From Breoghania corrubedonensis (GTDB lineage Bacteria; Pseudomonadota; Alphaproteobacteria; Rhizobiales; Stappiaceae), in assembly GCF_003053845.1 (NCBI RefSeq), contig NZ_QAYG01000001.1, positions 252,078 through 316,077 on the forward strand: a DNA stretch of 64,000 nt. Direction: 5' to 3'. The translations under genes and the position numbers were made by a program. This document shows positions 1 to 10,225 of the stretch, piece after piece; the first letter of the stretch is position 1; every line of letters starts with the position of its first letter. The notes beneath the pieces were generated by a model. The model ran no database searches and was not told the origin of the DNA. It worked only from the letters and a program-made list of their open reading frames with translations.

Positions 1-2
1 CT

Positions 3-401
3 TCGATCATCGACCGGGGCGAACTATCGGCCCCCGGCCGCCCGCTCGGCAAGGAGCGCTGGGCCGGCGCCATCGATGTCGCGGGGAGCTTTACGCTCGC
101 CAACGTGCTCGCGCAGACGCGCTATGGTGGCGCGGTCGCGGCCTGCGGTCTGGCGCAGGGCATGGACCTGCCGGGTTCCGTCGCCCCCTTCATCCTGCGC
201 GGCGTGACGCTTTGCGGAATCGATTCGGTCATGGCGCCGATCCCGCGCCGCATCGAAGCCTATGAGCGGCTGGTGAGGGATCTCGACAAGAACCTTCTCA
301 CCGAAATCAGCACCGAGATCGGTTTCGACGACCTCATCGGCAAGGCCGACGAACTGCTCGACGGCAAGGTGCGCGGCAGGCTCGTGGTGAAGATGGGCTG
401 A
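3..401 (+). CDS. Quinone oxidoreductase YhdH / acrylyl-CoA reductase-like protein, C-terminal part (5' end lies outside the window)
   Basis: Frame 3 is open from the window edge to the stop at 401. The C-terminal sequence (CGIDSV...[12 protein letters not shown]) resembles the MDR/YhdH family cofactor-binding tail. Confidence 0.55.
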   Translation, partial: SIIDRGELSAPGRPLGKERWAGAIDVAGSFTLANVLAQTRYGGAVAACGLAQGMDLPGSVAPFILRGVTLCGIDSVMAPIPRRIEAYERLVRDLDKNLLTEISTEIGFDDLIGKADELLDGKVRGRLVVKMG

Positions 402-442
402 GGAATGGCAAGAGGAGCGCCTTCGCCGCGCTCTTTTTTCCT

Positions 443-1054
443 TCAACCTTTCGAGATCGCCGCCTCCAGTTCCGCGAACCTTTCGAGAAACCGCGTCTGT
501 GCCTGCGCCGCCGGCCACGGCTTCAACCCCAGCGGAGAGAAACCGCGCGGACGGCCGAAGATGCGCGCGGCCTCCGCGGCGTCGAAACCGGCCAGTTCGA
601 CCGCCTCGAAATAGGCGGAGACGATATCGGCCCGCTTGGCGAGCTTCTTGATCTTTTCCGGCAGTTTTTGGGGAAGGGAGAAGCGCAGGTGGATGGCCGC
701 CTGCAGACGCGCCTCAACCACCTTGTAATCGCCGCCCATCACCGTCTTGAACGGCGAGATCATGTCGCCGATGACGTATTCCGGCGCATCGTGCAGCAGC
801 ATGGCAAGCCGCCATTTCGGCTCCAGATCCTCGACCATGCGGCACGCCAGGTCTTCCACCACGATGGAGTGCTGGGCAACGGAAAAGGCATGGTCGCCCA
901 CCGTCTGACCGTTCCAACGCGCCACACGCGCCAGCCCGTGCGCGATGTCGGAAATCTCAACATCGAGCGGAGAGGGATCGAGAAGATCGAGCCGGCGGCC
1001 GGACAGCATTCGCTGCCAGGCGCGCGCGGCGTTGCCGGCCTTGTCCGCCGCCAT
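443..1054 (-). CDS. HD-domain phosphohydrolase (YfbR-like nucleotidase fold)
   Basis: 203 aa ORF carrying the H..HD...D motif (LLHDAPEYVIGD). It lies 14 bp downstream of the ygfZ-like gene. The start codon is uncertain; an alternative Met lies 15 codons in. Confidence 0.6.
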   Translation of the reverse strand: MAADKAGNAARAWQRMLSGRRLDLLDPSPLDVEISDIAHGLARVARWNGQTVGDHAFSVAQHSIVVEDLACRMVEDLEPKWRLAMLLHDAPEYVIGDMISPFKTVMGGDYKVVEARLQAAIHLRFSLPQKLPEKIKKLAKRADIVSAYFEAVELAGFDAAEAARIFGRPRGFSPLGLKPWPAAQAQTRFLERFAELEAAISKG

Positions 1055-1068
1055 GCGTCAGACCACCC

Positions 1069-1944
1069 TCATGCGCCGGCCTCGCCGGCTTCGGCATCCG
1101 CCGGCCACGCGAACTGCGCCCAGTCCGGTATCTTCGGCGTGACCGCAATGCCGCCGGCCGTGACGGGCGCGCCTTCCTTCAATGCTGTGCCGATACGGTC
1201 GATACGCACGAGCGCGAGGCCGCGCCGGCCCGCGACCGACCCGAGCGTGCCCGCCGCCTTGCCTGCGGCCGTGATTTCGCTGCCCGTCTGCGGCAGATCG
1301 CTCTCCGCGCTCACCTCGACGATCCGCCGCCGTGCGGTGCCGCGATGGCGCATGCGCGAGACGACTTCCTGGCCGACATAACAGCCCTTGTCGAAGGCGA
1401 CGCCTGCCAGCTGGTCCATGTCGGCATCGTGGGGAAAGGTCTGCCCGTACTCGAAATCGATACCGCCTGCGGGTACGGCGAGCGCGATGCGATGCGTGTC
1501 CCATGCGGCTTCGTCCGTTTCGATGAAGCCGGCGGGCGGCGTCGCCTCGCGGGGCAGGATGAGCCGGAAGCCGAGATCGACGTGGCGCGGATCGGCAAAG
1601 GCGCCGTCCGGCATTTCCGCCTCCCCCCAGATCGCCAGCACCTGATGGGTCTCGCTCAGGTTCGCGATCTCCACCTTGGCGCGCAGCTTGTAGAGCGTCA
1701 TCCGCTTGACAAAATCGGCGACGAGCGCGGCCGGCAGATCGAACCGGAAGGCCCCCTCGCGACGTTCAACGAGAAAGTCGAACAGGATCTTGCCCTGCGG
1801 CGTCAGCAGCCCGCCGTAGCGCGCGGCACCTTCCTCAAGTCCCGCGACATCGCAGGTGATGAGCCCTTGCAGGAAATGCTCCGCCCCCTCCCCCCCGATC
1901 CCGACCACGGCGCGCGATGGAAGTGGGGCGATACAAGCGGTCAT
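1069..1944 (-). CDS. ygfZ: YgfZ/CAF17 family folate-binding Fe-S cluster repair protein (GcvT fold)
   Basis: Carries the hallmark K-G-C-Y-x-G-Q-E motif (DKGCYVGQEVVSRM). The start was chosen at MTACIAPLP rather than the upstream ORF start. Confidence 0.8.
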   Translation of the reverse strand: MTACIAPLPSRAVVGIGGEGAEHFLQGLITCDVAGLEEGAARYGGLLTPQGKILFDFLVERREGAFRFDLPAALVADFVKRMTLYKLRAKVEIANLSETHQVLAIWGEAEMPDGAFADPRHVDLGFRLILPREATPPAGFIETDEAAWDTHRIALAVPAGGIDFEYGQTFPHDADMDQLAGVAFDKGCYVGQEVVSRMRHRGTARRRIVEVSAESDLPQTGSEITAAGKAAGTLGSVAGRRGLALVRIDRIGTALKEGAPVTAGGIAVTPKIPDWAQFAWPADAEAGEAGA

Positions 1945-2097
1945 GAATAAGGCTCCGGAATGATGCCGATGATCTTCAAGGCGACATAGGAAAGTTGAGC
2001 CGGCAGGGCAAGACAATCACCGCTTCCAGGCCCCCGATATTCGGCACCTGGCGCGCGGCGCGTTCGTCGAAACGGCGACGCGCGAAGGGTTCGCTCT

Positions 2098-2799
2098 TCA
2101 GTCGCCGGCCACGAAATAGTGCCACGTTCCGTCCGGGCCGATGCCGACGCGGTAGAAGATGTAGGCACCGAAATCCTGCATCTCCTCCACGTCCGCCGCC
2201 GTCAGGATACGGTATAGCTCCACCTCCTGAGGCGGGGTCAGCTTGTTGACCGGATAGCGCGCGAAGTAGGGCCAGATATACATCTCCTGCGGCGTACCCA
2301 CGTCGACATGAACCCAGCCGGCCTCCAGAATTTCGGTCAGAATGGCGAGCAGTTCACGGCCATTGGGGTCCCCGGAGGACTGCTTCAGAAAATCGATGGG
2401 ATCGTTGATCTGCGACAGGGACAGCGTCGGCGGCATCTCGTTTGATTCAAGAACAGGGCGAAGGCGTTCCACATCGCCCGTACGCGCGGCATCGAGAATC
2501 TGTTCGCGAAGCCGCATCACCGGCTTGGGCAGACCGGTCGCGCCGTAGTGGATCTCGGGAAGCGGCGTGGCGCCCGTGTCCACGCCCGTAACCAGCCCCT
2601 CGTCCGGCATGGACTGGGGGGCCGCCTGCTCGCCTTGCGTCCCTGGTTCGCCGTCGCGGGGAATCGTCGCCCCCGGGGCCTGGCTTTCCGCGCCCGCAGG
2701 AATTTCGATGCGTTGCGTCGTCACCTTTGCGGCCTCGGCCGGCGCGGCAAGGATCATTGCCGCCGCAAGCACCGCCAGTGCCGGAAAGGGTGTCGTCAT
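2098..2799 (-). CDS. Secreted hypothetical protein
   Basis: ORF with a signal-peptide-like N-terminus (MTTPFPALAVLAAAMILAAPAEA) and coding-like composition. No recognisable domain. Confidence 0.45.
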   Translation of the reverse strand: MTTPFPALAVLAAAMILAAPAEAAKVTTQRIEIPAGAESQAPGATIPRDGEPGTQGEQAAPQSMPDEGLVTGVDTGATPLPEIHYGATGLPKPVMRLREQILDAARTGDVERLRPVLESNEMPPTLSLSQINDPIDFLKQSSGDPNGRELLAILTEILEAGWVHVDVGTPQEMYIWPYFARYPVNKLTPPQEVELYRILTAADVEEMQDFGAYIFYRVGIGPDGTWHYFVAGD

Positions 2800-3149
2800 G
2801 AATGAGCTCCCGATCGATGAGGTGGGACGGCGCGCATACGCGTCCCTGCGACAGGCGCGCACTATGCGCTGCCCGTCGTCGCCGTTCAATGGCATGACGG
2901 GTGACATCCGTGGACGGCAGGCGGCCCATGACATTCGCGCTGAAACACCCGCCCTGGTGCCTGCGACGAGTACCGCAGTTGCCCGTCAGGAACATATTGC
3001 GTATGGCTGACACCGCATCGCGGACACTATCCTGCCGGTGCCCTCGCGGGATGCACGAGGCCCGGGACCGGAGTATCGGCGGGCCTGTTCCCGACCAGGT
3101 CCGCGGAGCCGGATCGCGACTGACTTGGCCGTGGCCGAAGGAGACCCGC

Positions 3150-3788
3150 TTGTTGTTTTTCGTCACCGGTATCGGGATTGGGCTGATCGTTTCCGCCCCC
3201 GTTGGACCGGTCAACCTGATGACGATCCAGCGAGCCTTCAAGAACGGCTTCGGCGCCGGTTTTGCGGCCGGTATCGGCGCGGTTCTCGCCGATACTCTCT
3301 ATGCCGCCATCGCCGCATTCGGGATTTCGACGATCGCGCATTTCCTGTCAGGCCACAAACTGACCATCCAGGCGGTGGGCGGCCTGTTGCTGATTGGCTT
3401 CGGCTGGCTGACGGTGCGCACCCACCCTCATCTCGACACAATGGCCGGCCCGCGCGCGGATGTCGGAGCAGGCTTCCTGGCGAGCCTTCTCGCCGCCTTC
3501 GCGATGACCCTGACCAATCCGGGCGCGGTTTTGGGGTTTCTGGCGATCTTCGGGTCGCTCGGGGAGCTGACGCCGGAACATGACGATTATGCGGGAGCGT
3601 TGATGCTGGTGGCGGGCGTCGCCGTCGGCGCGCTGGCGTGGTGGGCCGGGATAGCCGCGCTGGTGACCCACCTGCGCGGCCGAATGAACGACCGCTGGCT
3701 GGACCGCATCAATTTCGGCGCCGGAGGACTTTTGATGCTGTTCGGCATCATTATCCTCTCCGGTACGCTCTACCAGTTGAACGTCTGA
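3150..3788 (+). CDS. LysE/RhtB family amino-acid exporter
   Basis: Polytopic membrane protein with the LLFFVTGIGIG...GPVNL N-terminus typical of LysE. TTG start at 3150 preceded by a GGAGA Shine-Dalgarno at 3139-3143. The upstream part of the track ORF (2901-) is non-coding-like. Confidence 0.75.
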   Translation: MLFFVTGIGIGLIVSAPVGPVNLMTIQRAFKNGFGAGFAAGIGAVLADTLYAAIAAFGISTIAHFLSGHKLTIQAVGGLLLIGFGWLTVRTHPHLDTMAGPRADVGAGFLASLLAAFAMTLTNPGAVLGFLAIFGSLGELTPEHDDYAGALMLVAGVAVGALAWWAGIAALVTHLRGRMNDRWLDRINFGAGGLLMLFGIIILSGTLYQLNV

Positions 3789-3870
3789 CCGGGCCGCATT
3801 TCGATCGCTCCCGGGGCGGCATGGCGAGCCACCCGGGGAAAACTGCCGCGCGTTGCGGCGGGGAGCGCGG

Positions 3871-4149
3871 CTATTGCAGCGTTCTGTTGACGGTGTACTC
3901 GCCTTCCAGAATGCGGCGCGGCAGGCCTTCGGCCAGTTCGGCAACAGCCGTTTCGCCATAAGCCGCCACAAGATCGATCAGCGCGGTAAAGAGCGCAGCA
4001 TGCGCCACCGCATCAGCGTCGACTCCATCGGCGATCGCGTCAGCCCATGCGTCGCTGATATAGCCCATCGCAAGGCGGCGTTCGTCCTCGGGACGAATGC
4101 CTTCTTCAGCTTCTTCGCTCAGGATCTCGTCTTTTTCGTCAATAATCAT
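3871..4149 (-). CDS. Small acidic hypothetical protein (92 aa)
   Basis: Strongly acidic ORF with coding-like codon usage. No confident family assignment. Confidence 0.4.
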   Translation of the reverse strand: MIIDEKDEILSEEAEEGIRPEDERRLAMGYISDAWADAIADGVDADAVAHAALFTALIDLVAAYGETAVAELAEGLPRRILEGEYTVNRTLQ

Positions 4150-4452
4150 AAAGATTTGCCACCGCTGCGGAACCGCGGCACATCCTTTGATGGCCTTCGA
4201 TCCGAATCAGAAGGTAACACGTCTTGGCGGCCGGAACATCGGTAAGGTTGAGCAAGTGTTAATAACTAATGAGAAATTCAACAGGAAAGGTTAACCTTGT
4301 GTCCCGCGACGGCACATCTTCCGTAGGGAACAACCTGAAATATAGCCGGAAAAACAACACATTGGCCAAGGATTGCGGCGACAGTCCACAATTGCGGGCA
4401 AAGGCGGCGCCGAATCAAGGCGTTGGCGGCAGGCCTTGAAGGTCGTTTCGCC

Positions 4453-4851
4453 TCAACGACTGTAGCGCGCGCTGATTTCGGCGGCCAGTTCCGCCCCTTC
4501 CGCCATGTAACTTTCGACGGCGCGGCGCGCGGACGGGGTGCATTCACGGTAAACGGAAGCAAAAGCCCGATAGCCGCGATTGAAGCGCTCCACCAGTTTG
4601 CGGCGTCTGTCCTCGTCGCTTCCTTCGGCTTTCACCAGCGCATCCATCTCGTCGCGCCAGCGGCTGCCGTCCTTGGCTCCGCAAAGCGCGCGCAGGTAGT
4701 GGATCGATCCCAGGAGTTCCGAAAGGCGCAGGAGCTGCGGCTCATAGGGCGCCGTTTCCGCGGATGCGGCGGGACGAGCGGTCGCCGCGAAGGCGGACAG
4801 CATGAGAACGACAAGGAAAGGGGTGCGCGCCCGGCGAAGCATCTTGATCAT
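4453..4851 (-). CDS. Secreted hypothetical protein, TIGR02301-like (Rhizobiales-conserved)
   Basis: Signal peptide MIKMLRRARTPFLVVLMLSAFAATARPAASA, then a small Cys-containing domain. The family call is from memory. Confidence 0.5.
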   Translation of the reverse strand: MIKMLRRARTPFLVVLMLSAFAATARPAASAETAPYEPQLLRLSELLGSIHYLRALCGAKDGSRWRDEMDALVKAEGSDEDRRRKLVERFNRGYRAFASVYRECTPSARRAVESYMAEGAELAAEISARYSR

Positions 4852-4967
4852 GGCGGGGATAATGGTCGTGGCGACAACGCCATGCAAGCGGCAACACCGC
4901 GCAATTCAGCGTCTTGTCGGCACTCACGGGGCCAGACCTCGAGCCCGGCCTCCGGCACGCAAACGCT

Positions 4968-5483
4968 TCAGGCGAACAAGGCGTCGATATCGGCCTGCGA
5001 GGATTCGCTTTCCGCTTCGCCTTCCGACGACGGCGTGGTGTCATTTCCGTGGATCACACCGCCGGCTTCCGCGATCAGCGGCTTCAGACGGTTTGCCACC
5101 TCTGTTGCTATCTCGCCGACCTGGTCCGGTTCCGCCTCCTCCAGTTCGCACTGGGCAGCATGAATCTCGGAATTCATCTCCGCAGTGATGGTGTCGAAGG
5201 TTCCGCGTTCCGCCGTCGGCGCGGCGTTGTAGGCGCGCACCGCCAGTTCCTTGGCGGCGAAATTGGAGTTCATGAAGTGATCGGCGTAGCTCAGCGGCTG
5301 CCAGGCGAGCACGTCGGGAATGCACTCCGGCATGTCGCAAAGCAGCTCGAGCAGCATCACCACTTCATTGAAATGATTCAGATAATCGGTGGCGAGACCG
5401 GTCTTTGGATTGATATTGGCTTCCACCAGCTTCTCGTGGCCGAGGTCGCCGTGGCCGATCGTCTCGCGTTCGTCCAACATCAC
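4968..5483 (-). CDS. Conserved hypothetical protein with acidic disordered C-terminal tail
   Basis: 171 aa ORF with a helical N-terminal two-thirds and a Glu/Ser-rich tail. No confident domain call. Confidence 0.45.
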   Translation of the reverse strand: MMLDERETIGHGDLGHEKLVEANINPKTGLATDYLNHFNEVVMLLELLCDMPECIPDVLAWQPLSYADHFMNSNFAAKELAVRAYNAAPTAERGTFDTITAEMNSEIHAAQCELEEAEPDQVGEIATEVANRLKPLIAEAGGVIHGNDTTPSSEGEAESESSQADIDALFA

Positions 5484-5568
5484 CGGTACTTTCCTTCTAG
5501 AAATCGGCGAGATTCTATAAAGAGTGTCTTGCCAATTGCTTACCTCAAGCCATCAGGAAAAAGACATA

Positions 5569-6354
5569 GTGTGTGGACGATACAGCCTGACCGCGACACC
5601 GGAAGAAGTACAGGCGATGTTCGCGTACGCAGACAGGCCGAACTTCCCGCCACGCTACAATATCGCCCCGACCCAGCCGATCGCGATCGTCCGGATCGAG
5701 CTGGGAGAACGGCGCTTTGCGCTTGTTCGCTGGGGCCTTTTGCCCGGCTGGGTGAAGGACCCTTCGCAGTTCTCGCTGCTGATCAACGCACGTGCGGAGA
5801 CAGCGGCCGAAAAGCCGGCATTTCGCGGATCCATGCGTCACAATCGTTGCCTCATCCCGGCCAGCGGCTTCTATGAATGGCGCAAGGTCGGGGACGGCCC
5901 CAAGCAACCCTACTGGATCGCGCCGAAGGACGGTGGGCTCGTGGCCTTTGCCGGCCTTTGGTCGGACTGGGGGAGCGCCGATGGCAGCCAGGTCGACACC
6001 GCCGCCATCCTGACGACAAACGCCAACGCCACGCTGAAGCCTATCCATCACCGCATGCCCGTTGTCATCGCACCGGGTGATTTCGAGCGCTGGCTGGATA
6101 CCTCTCACACCGAGCCGCGCGACGTGAAGGACCTGTTGTCCCCTCCCCCGGACGACCTGTTCACCGCTGTCCCCGTTTCCACCCGGGTCAATGCCGTACG
6201 CAACGACGATGGAGACTTGCACAAGCCGGTGGAAGAGCCCGCGCCCGCGCTGTCGGCCGGGAAGCCGAACACAAATGCGGGCCGGAAGGAAACGAAGAGG
6301 ACACCGGCCCAAAAGCGCCCCGACGCCAATGACGATCAATTCGATCTCTTCTGA
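5569..6354 (+). CDS. SOS response-associated peptidase (SRAP/YedK), abasic-site DNA-protein crosslinking protein
   Basis: The N-terminus is Met-Cys-Gly-Arg-Tyr (catalytic Cys2) when the GTG at 5569 is used. AGGAAA Shine-Dalgarno 9 nt upstream. SRAP family motifs conserved throughout. Confidence 0.8.
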   Translation: MCGRYSLTATPEEVQAMFAYADRPNFPPRYNIAPTQPIAIVRIELGERRFALVRWGLLPGWVKDPSQFSLLINARAETAAEKPAFRGSMRHNRCLIPASGFYEWRKVGDGPKQPYWIAPKDGGLVAFAGLWSDWGSADGSQVDTAAILTTNANATLKPIHHRMPVVIAPGDFERWLDTSHTEPRDVKDLLSPPPDDLFTAVPVSTRVNAVRNDDGDLHKPVEEPAPALSAGKPNTNAGRKETKRTPAQKRPDANDDQFDLF

Positions 6355-6444
6355 CTGGCTGCGCCCGACGTCCAACCGATGGCGGATTTGCGCGGATCCG
6401 GTCCCCCTTTGAAAATCAGCGCTGGCGATTTCCGGCGGAAACGC

Positions 6445-6469
6445 CTATAAAGGCTCAAACTGAGCATAA
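6445..6469. promoter_or_regulatory. NadQ-type operator, distal copy (imperfect palindrome ..CTCAaacTGAGCATAAg)
   Basis: Matches the alphaproteobacterial NadQ motif TTATGCTCA-N3-TGAGCATAA upstream of nadA. Confidence 0.5.
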
Positions 6470-6514
6470 GTGGGAAGAGCGGCCGGCACATTGCCGGTTA
6501 TTCATGTGACCCAT

Positions 6515-6535
6515 TTATGCTCAATATGAGTATAA
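6515..6535. promoter_or_regulatory. NadQ-type operator, proximal copy (TTATGCTCAATATGAGTATAA)
   Basis: Near-perfect 21 bp palindrome 19 bp upstream of the nadA start codon, overlapping the ribosome binding site region. Confidence 0.6.
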
Positions 6536-6553
6536 ATGTGGAAGGAGGTCCCC

Positions 6554-7633
6554 ATGCCCGTCCTGCAACAGCAACGGCACTCCGAAACCGCGCACCGGCA
6601 GCGCGTGTCTTCGGCAAAGTTCCAGCCTTTGGCGATGCCCGCGCTCGACTATACGGGGGAGGTCGCGGAGGCGACGGCGGAGGCCTACGAAAAGGTCCGG
6701 CACGTCATCCCGGCCATCGAGTGGCCCGCCTACGCGCCCTACATCAAGGCGATCAACGACCTGAAACGGCAGCGCAACGCGGTCATCCTGGCGCACAACT
6801 ACATGACGCCGGAGATCTTCCACGGCGTGGCCGACATTGTCGGCGACAGCCTTCAGCTCGCCAAGGAGGCGGCGACATCGCAGGCCGATGTCATCGTTCA
6901 GTGCGGCGTGCACTTCATGGCGGAGACGTCGAAGATCCTCAACCCGGACAAGACCATCCTGATGCCGGATATGGCGGCGGGCTGCTCGCTGGCCCAGTCC
7001 ATCACCGGCGCGGACGTGCGCGCGCTTCGCCAGAAGCATCCCGGAGTGCCGATCGTCACCTATGTGAACACGTCGGCCGACGTGAAGGCGGAGTGCGATA
7101 TCTGCTGCACCTCGTCCAATGCGGTGGAGGTGGTCGAGTCTCTCGGCGCACCGCGCGTTCTGCTGGTTCCCGACAAGTATCTCGCCGCCAACGTGGCGTT
7201 GCGCACGACTGTCGAGATCCTGACATGGGAGGGCGCCTGCGTCGTCCATCAGCGCTTCACCGGCGCGGAAATGCGCGAGTACCGCAACTCGGTGCCGGGC
7301 GTGAAGATCATCGCCCATCCCGAATGCCCGACGGACGTGACGGCGGAGGCCGACTATACCGGCTCCACCGCCGGCATGATCAACTGGCTCAAGGAGAACA
7401 GCCCGAAGAAGGCGCTGCTCGTCACCGAATGCTCGATGGCCGACAATGTCGCGTCTCAGGCGCCGGGCGTCGACTTCGTGCGGCCCTGCAATCTCTGCCC
7501 CTACATGAAAATGATCACGCTGCCGAAGATCCTCGAAAGCCTCGTTCACATGCGTGCCGAGGTAACCGTCGATCCGGCCATCGCCGCGCGCGCCCGCACG
7601 GCCGTGGAGCGGATGATCAGCCTGAAGAGCTGA
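6554..7633 (+). CDS. nadA: Quinolinate synthase
   Basis: Full-length NadA similarity. ATG at 6554 preceded by a GGAAGGAGG Shine-Dalgarno. Confidence 0.9.
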   Translation: MPVLQQQRHSETAHRQRVSSAKFQPLAMPALDYTGEVAEATAEAYEKVRHVIPAIEWPAYAPYIKAINDLKRQRNAVILAHNYMTPEIFHGVADIVGDSLQLAKEAATSQADVIVQCGVHFMAETSKILNPDKTILMPDMAAGCSLAQSITGADVRALRQKHPGVPIVTYVNTSADVKAECDICCTSSNAVEVVESLGAPRVLLVPDKYLAANVALRTTVEILTWEGACVVHQRFTGAEMREYRNSVPGVKIIAHPECPTDVTAEADYTGSTAGMINWLKENSPKKALLVTECSMADNVASQAPGVDFVRPCNLCPYMKMITLPKILESLVHMRAEVTVDPAIAARARTAVERMISLKS

Positions 7634-7706
7634 GGGACGCCACGCGCCGTCCCGCCCCGGCTCTGCGCACGAGTGGCGCCCCTCTCCCGTTGAAGGGAAA
7701 ACCATC

Positions 7707-9359
7707 ATGACCGACGATCTTCTTTCCGCCCTCAACCGGGGCGATCGCTCCACCGCCACACCGGCCGGTCCCGGCCCGGATGACGTCATCGTTCTGGGCG
7801 GCGGTCTGGCCGGACTTTTCTGTGCATTGAAACTCAGCCCGCGGCCCGTGACGGTTCTCACCGCCGCGCCCATCGGCGAGGGCGCCTCGTCCGCCTGGGC
7901 GCAAGGCGGCATCGCGGCCGCAGTCAGCGAAGGCGACACGGCCGAGGCGCACGCGAATGACACGATCGCGGTCGGAGGTGGCATCTGCGACGAGGACATC
8001 GTCAGGGCCATGACGGGAGAAGCGGCGGAGCGCATCGCCGATCTGCTGAGCTACGGCGTGCCCTTCGACAAGGATCTGGAGGGAAGACTGCGGCTTTCGC
8101 GCGAGGCGGCCCATTCTCAGCGCCGCGTGGTGCGCGTCGGCGGAGACAGGGCCGGGCGCGCGATCATGGATGCGGTTGTCGCCACCGTCAGGAACACACC
8201 CTCAATCCGCGTGATCGAGGGCTTTACAGGCGAAAGCCTGATCATGGAGACAGGCACCGTCAGCGGCATTGTCGCGCGCCGCAATGCGGACGGACGACGC
8301 TTCTCGTTCAGCGCCCGCGCCGTGGTGCTGGCTTCAGGCGGAACCGGTCATCTCTATGAGGTGACCACCAATCCGCCGGAGGCGTGCGGACAGGGTATCG
8401 CCATGGCCGCCCGTGCGGGCGCCGTGATTGCGGATGCGGAATTCGTTCAGTTCCACCCGACCGCCATCGATATCGGCCGGGATCCGGCACCGCTCGCCAC
8501 CGAGGCTTTGCGCGGCGAGGGATCGAGGCTCATCAACCGCGCCGGCGAGCGCTTCATGGAAGCCGCCCACCCGCTGAAGGAACTCGCTCCGCGCGACATC
8601 GTCGCGCGCGCCATTCACCGCGAGGTCGCGGCCGGACGGGGGGCGTTTCTCGACACGCGCGAGGCTGTCGGCACGGCCTTTCCCGAGCGCTACCCGACCG
8701 TCAACGGCAGCTGCCGCGAGGCGGGCATCGATCCGGTTCGCGAGCCGATCCCCGTCCGTCCGGCGGCCCATTATCACATGGGCGGAGTGTGGACCGACGA
8801 ACGCGGACGGACTTCACTCGACGGACTGTGGGCGGCCGGCGAGGTCTCCTCCACCGGCGCGCACGGCGCCAACCGCCTTGCCTCCAACTCTCTTCTGGAA
8901 GCGGTGGTCTTTGCCGCCCGGATCGCCGAAGACGTGGCCCGGGTGGTGCCGGCAGGCGCTGCTCCGCAATGGCGAGCGCTACCCGCCATCGACGGCCAAG
9001 CGGATGCCAGCGATACGGATGCCGCCACGATCGCACGACTGCGCCGGACGATGGCCGAAAAGGTCGGCGTGGTGCGCGATGGCGCGGGCCTGCGCGCGGC
9101 GTTGTCCGAGATAGCCGCCCTTTCGGCCGAATGCGACGGTATCGATTGCGCCAACATGATCGTGACCGCCAGGCTTATCGCCGCGGCGGCCTACGCGCGG
9201 CTCGAAAGCCGGGGCGCTCATTGCCGGTCCGATTTCCCGCACGAAGACACGACCCTGGCGCGCAGAAGCCGGATGACGCTTGCCGACGCCGATGCCATTC
9301 TGCGTGATGCGCTCGCCACGCAGATCACCCCCGCCCCGATGCTGGAAGATGCCCGATGA
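7707..9359 (+). CDS. nadB: L-aspartate oxidase
   Basis: FAD-binding GGGLAG N-terminus and the NadB/SdhA-family fold. Overlaps nadC by 4 nt (ATGA). Confidence 0.9.
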   Translation: MTDDLLSALNRGDRSTATPAGPGPDDVIVLGGGLAGLFCALKLSPRPVTVLTAAPIGEGASSAWAQGGIAAAVSEGDTAEAHANDTIAVGGGICDEDIVRAMTGEAAERIADLLSYGVPFDKDLEGRLRLSREAAHSQRRVVRVGGDRAGRAIMDAVVATVRNTPSIRVIEGFTGESLIMETGTVSGIVARRNADGRRFSFSARAVVLASGGTGHLYEVTTNPPEACGQGIAMAARAGAVIADAEFVQFHPTAIDIGRDPAPLATEALRGEGSRLINRAGERFMEAAHPLKELAPRDIVARAIHREVAAGRGAFLDTREAVGTAFPERYPTVNGSCREAGIDPVREPIPVRPAAHYHMGGVWTDERGRTSLDGLWAAGEVSSTGAHGANRLASNSLLEAVVFAARIAEDVARVVPAGAAPQWRALPAIDGQADASDTDAATIARLRRTMAEKVGVVRDGAGLRAALSEIAALSAECDGIDCANMIVTARLIAAAAYARLESRGAHCRSDFPHEDTTLARRSRMTLADADAILRDALATQITPAPMLEDAR

Positions 9360-10216
9360 CACTCAACATTCCCGACCTTGCGCGCCTGATGATCGATGAT
9401 GCGGTGAAGGCCGCGCTGCTGGAGGACTGGGGACGCGCCGGAGATATCACCACGCAGGCGACCATCCCCGGGGATGCCCGCGCCCGCGCCGCGATCGCGT
9501 CGCGCAAGGAAGGGCGGCTTGCCGGGACCGGCTTCGTCGAAAGCGCCTGCCGGCTGACGGATCCCGCCATCCGTGTCGAGCTGCTTGCCCATGACGGCGA
9601 CGTACTGCAGCCAGGCACGGCAGTCGCCAGGCTTTCCGGCCCAGCGCGCTCGATCCTCGCGTGCGAGCGCGCTGGGCTCAACTATCTCGGCCATCTGAGC
9701 GGCATCGCGACGGCGACGTCCCTCTTCGTCGCCCGCGTCGCCCACACGAAAGCATCGATCGTCTGTACGAGAAAGACGACGCCGGGGCTCAGGGCTTTCG
9801 AGAAATACGCCGTGCGGTGCGGTGGCGGTGCAAACCACCGTTTCGGGCTCGATGATGCGGTGCTGATCAAGGACAACCACATCGCGGTTGCCGGCGGGGT
9901 GGTTCGGGCCATCGAGCGGGCCAAGGCCCATGCCGGGCACATGGTGAAGATCGAGGTCGAGGTCGACACGCTGGAGCAGCTGCGCGAGGCGATGAGCGCC
10001 GCACCCGACGCGGTGCTGCTCGACAACATGGGACCGGAAAGCCTGAGGAGCGCGGTTGACATCGTCGCCGGGCGGGCGCTGACCGAGGCCTCCGGCGGCA
10101 TCGAGCTCGGGACCGTGGCGGCGATCGCGGAAGCGGGGGTGGACCTCATCTCGACCGGCTGGATCACCCATTCCGCACCGGTGCTCGATCTGGGGCTGGA
10201 TATCGAGATCGACTGA
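9356..10216 (+). CDS. nadC: Nicotinate-nucleotide pyrophosphorylase (quinolinate phosphoribosyltransferase)
   Basis: QPRTase family similarity. Translationally coupled to nadB. Confidence 0.9.
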   Translation: MTLNIPDLARLMIDDAVKAALLEDWGRAGDITTQATIPGDARARAAIASRKEGRLAGTGFVESACRLTDPAIRVELLAHDGDVLQPGTAVARLSGPARSILACERAGLNYLGHLSGIATATSLFVARVAHTKASIVCTRKTTPGLRAFEKYAVRCGGGANHRFGLDDAVLIKDNHIAVAGGVVRAIERAKAHAGHMVKIEVEVDTLEQLREAMSAAPDAVLLDNMGPESLRSAVDIVAGRALTEASGGIELGTVAAIAEAGVDLISTGWITHSAPVLDLGLDIEID

Positions 10217-10225
10217 TAGTCCGGC

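Noticed and set aside
6517-7710. 397 aa alternative-frame ORF overlapping nadA
   Set aside because: Gly/Arg-rich low-complexity translation. nadA in the 6536 frame is unambiguous.
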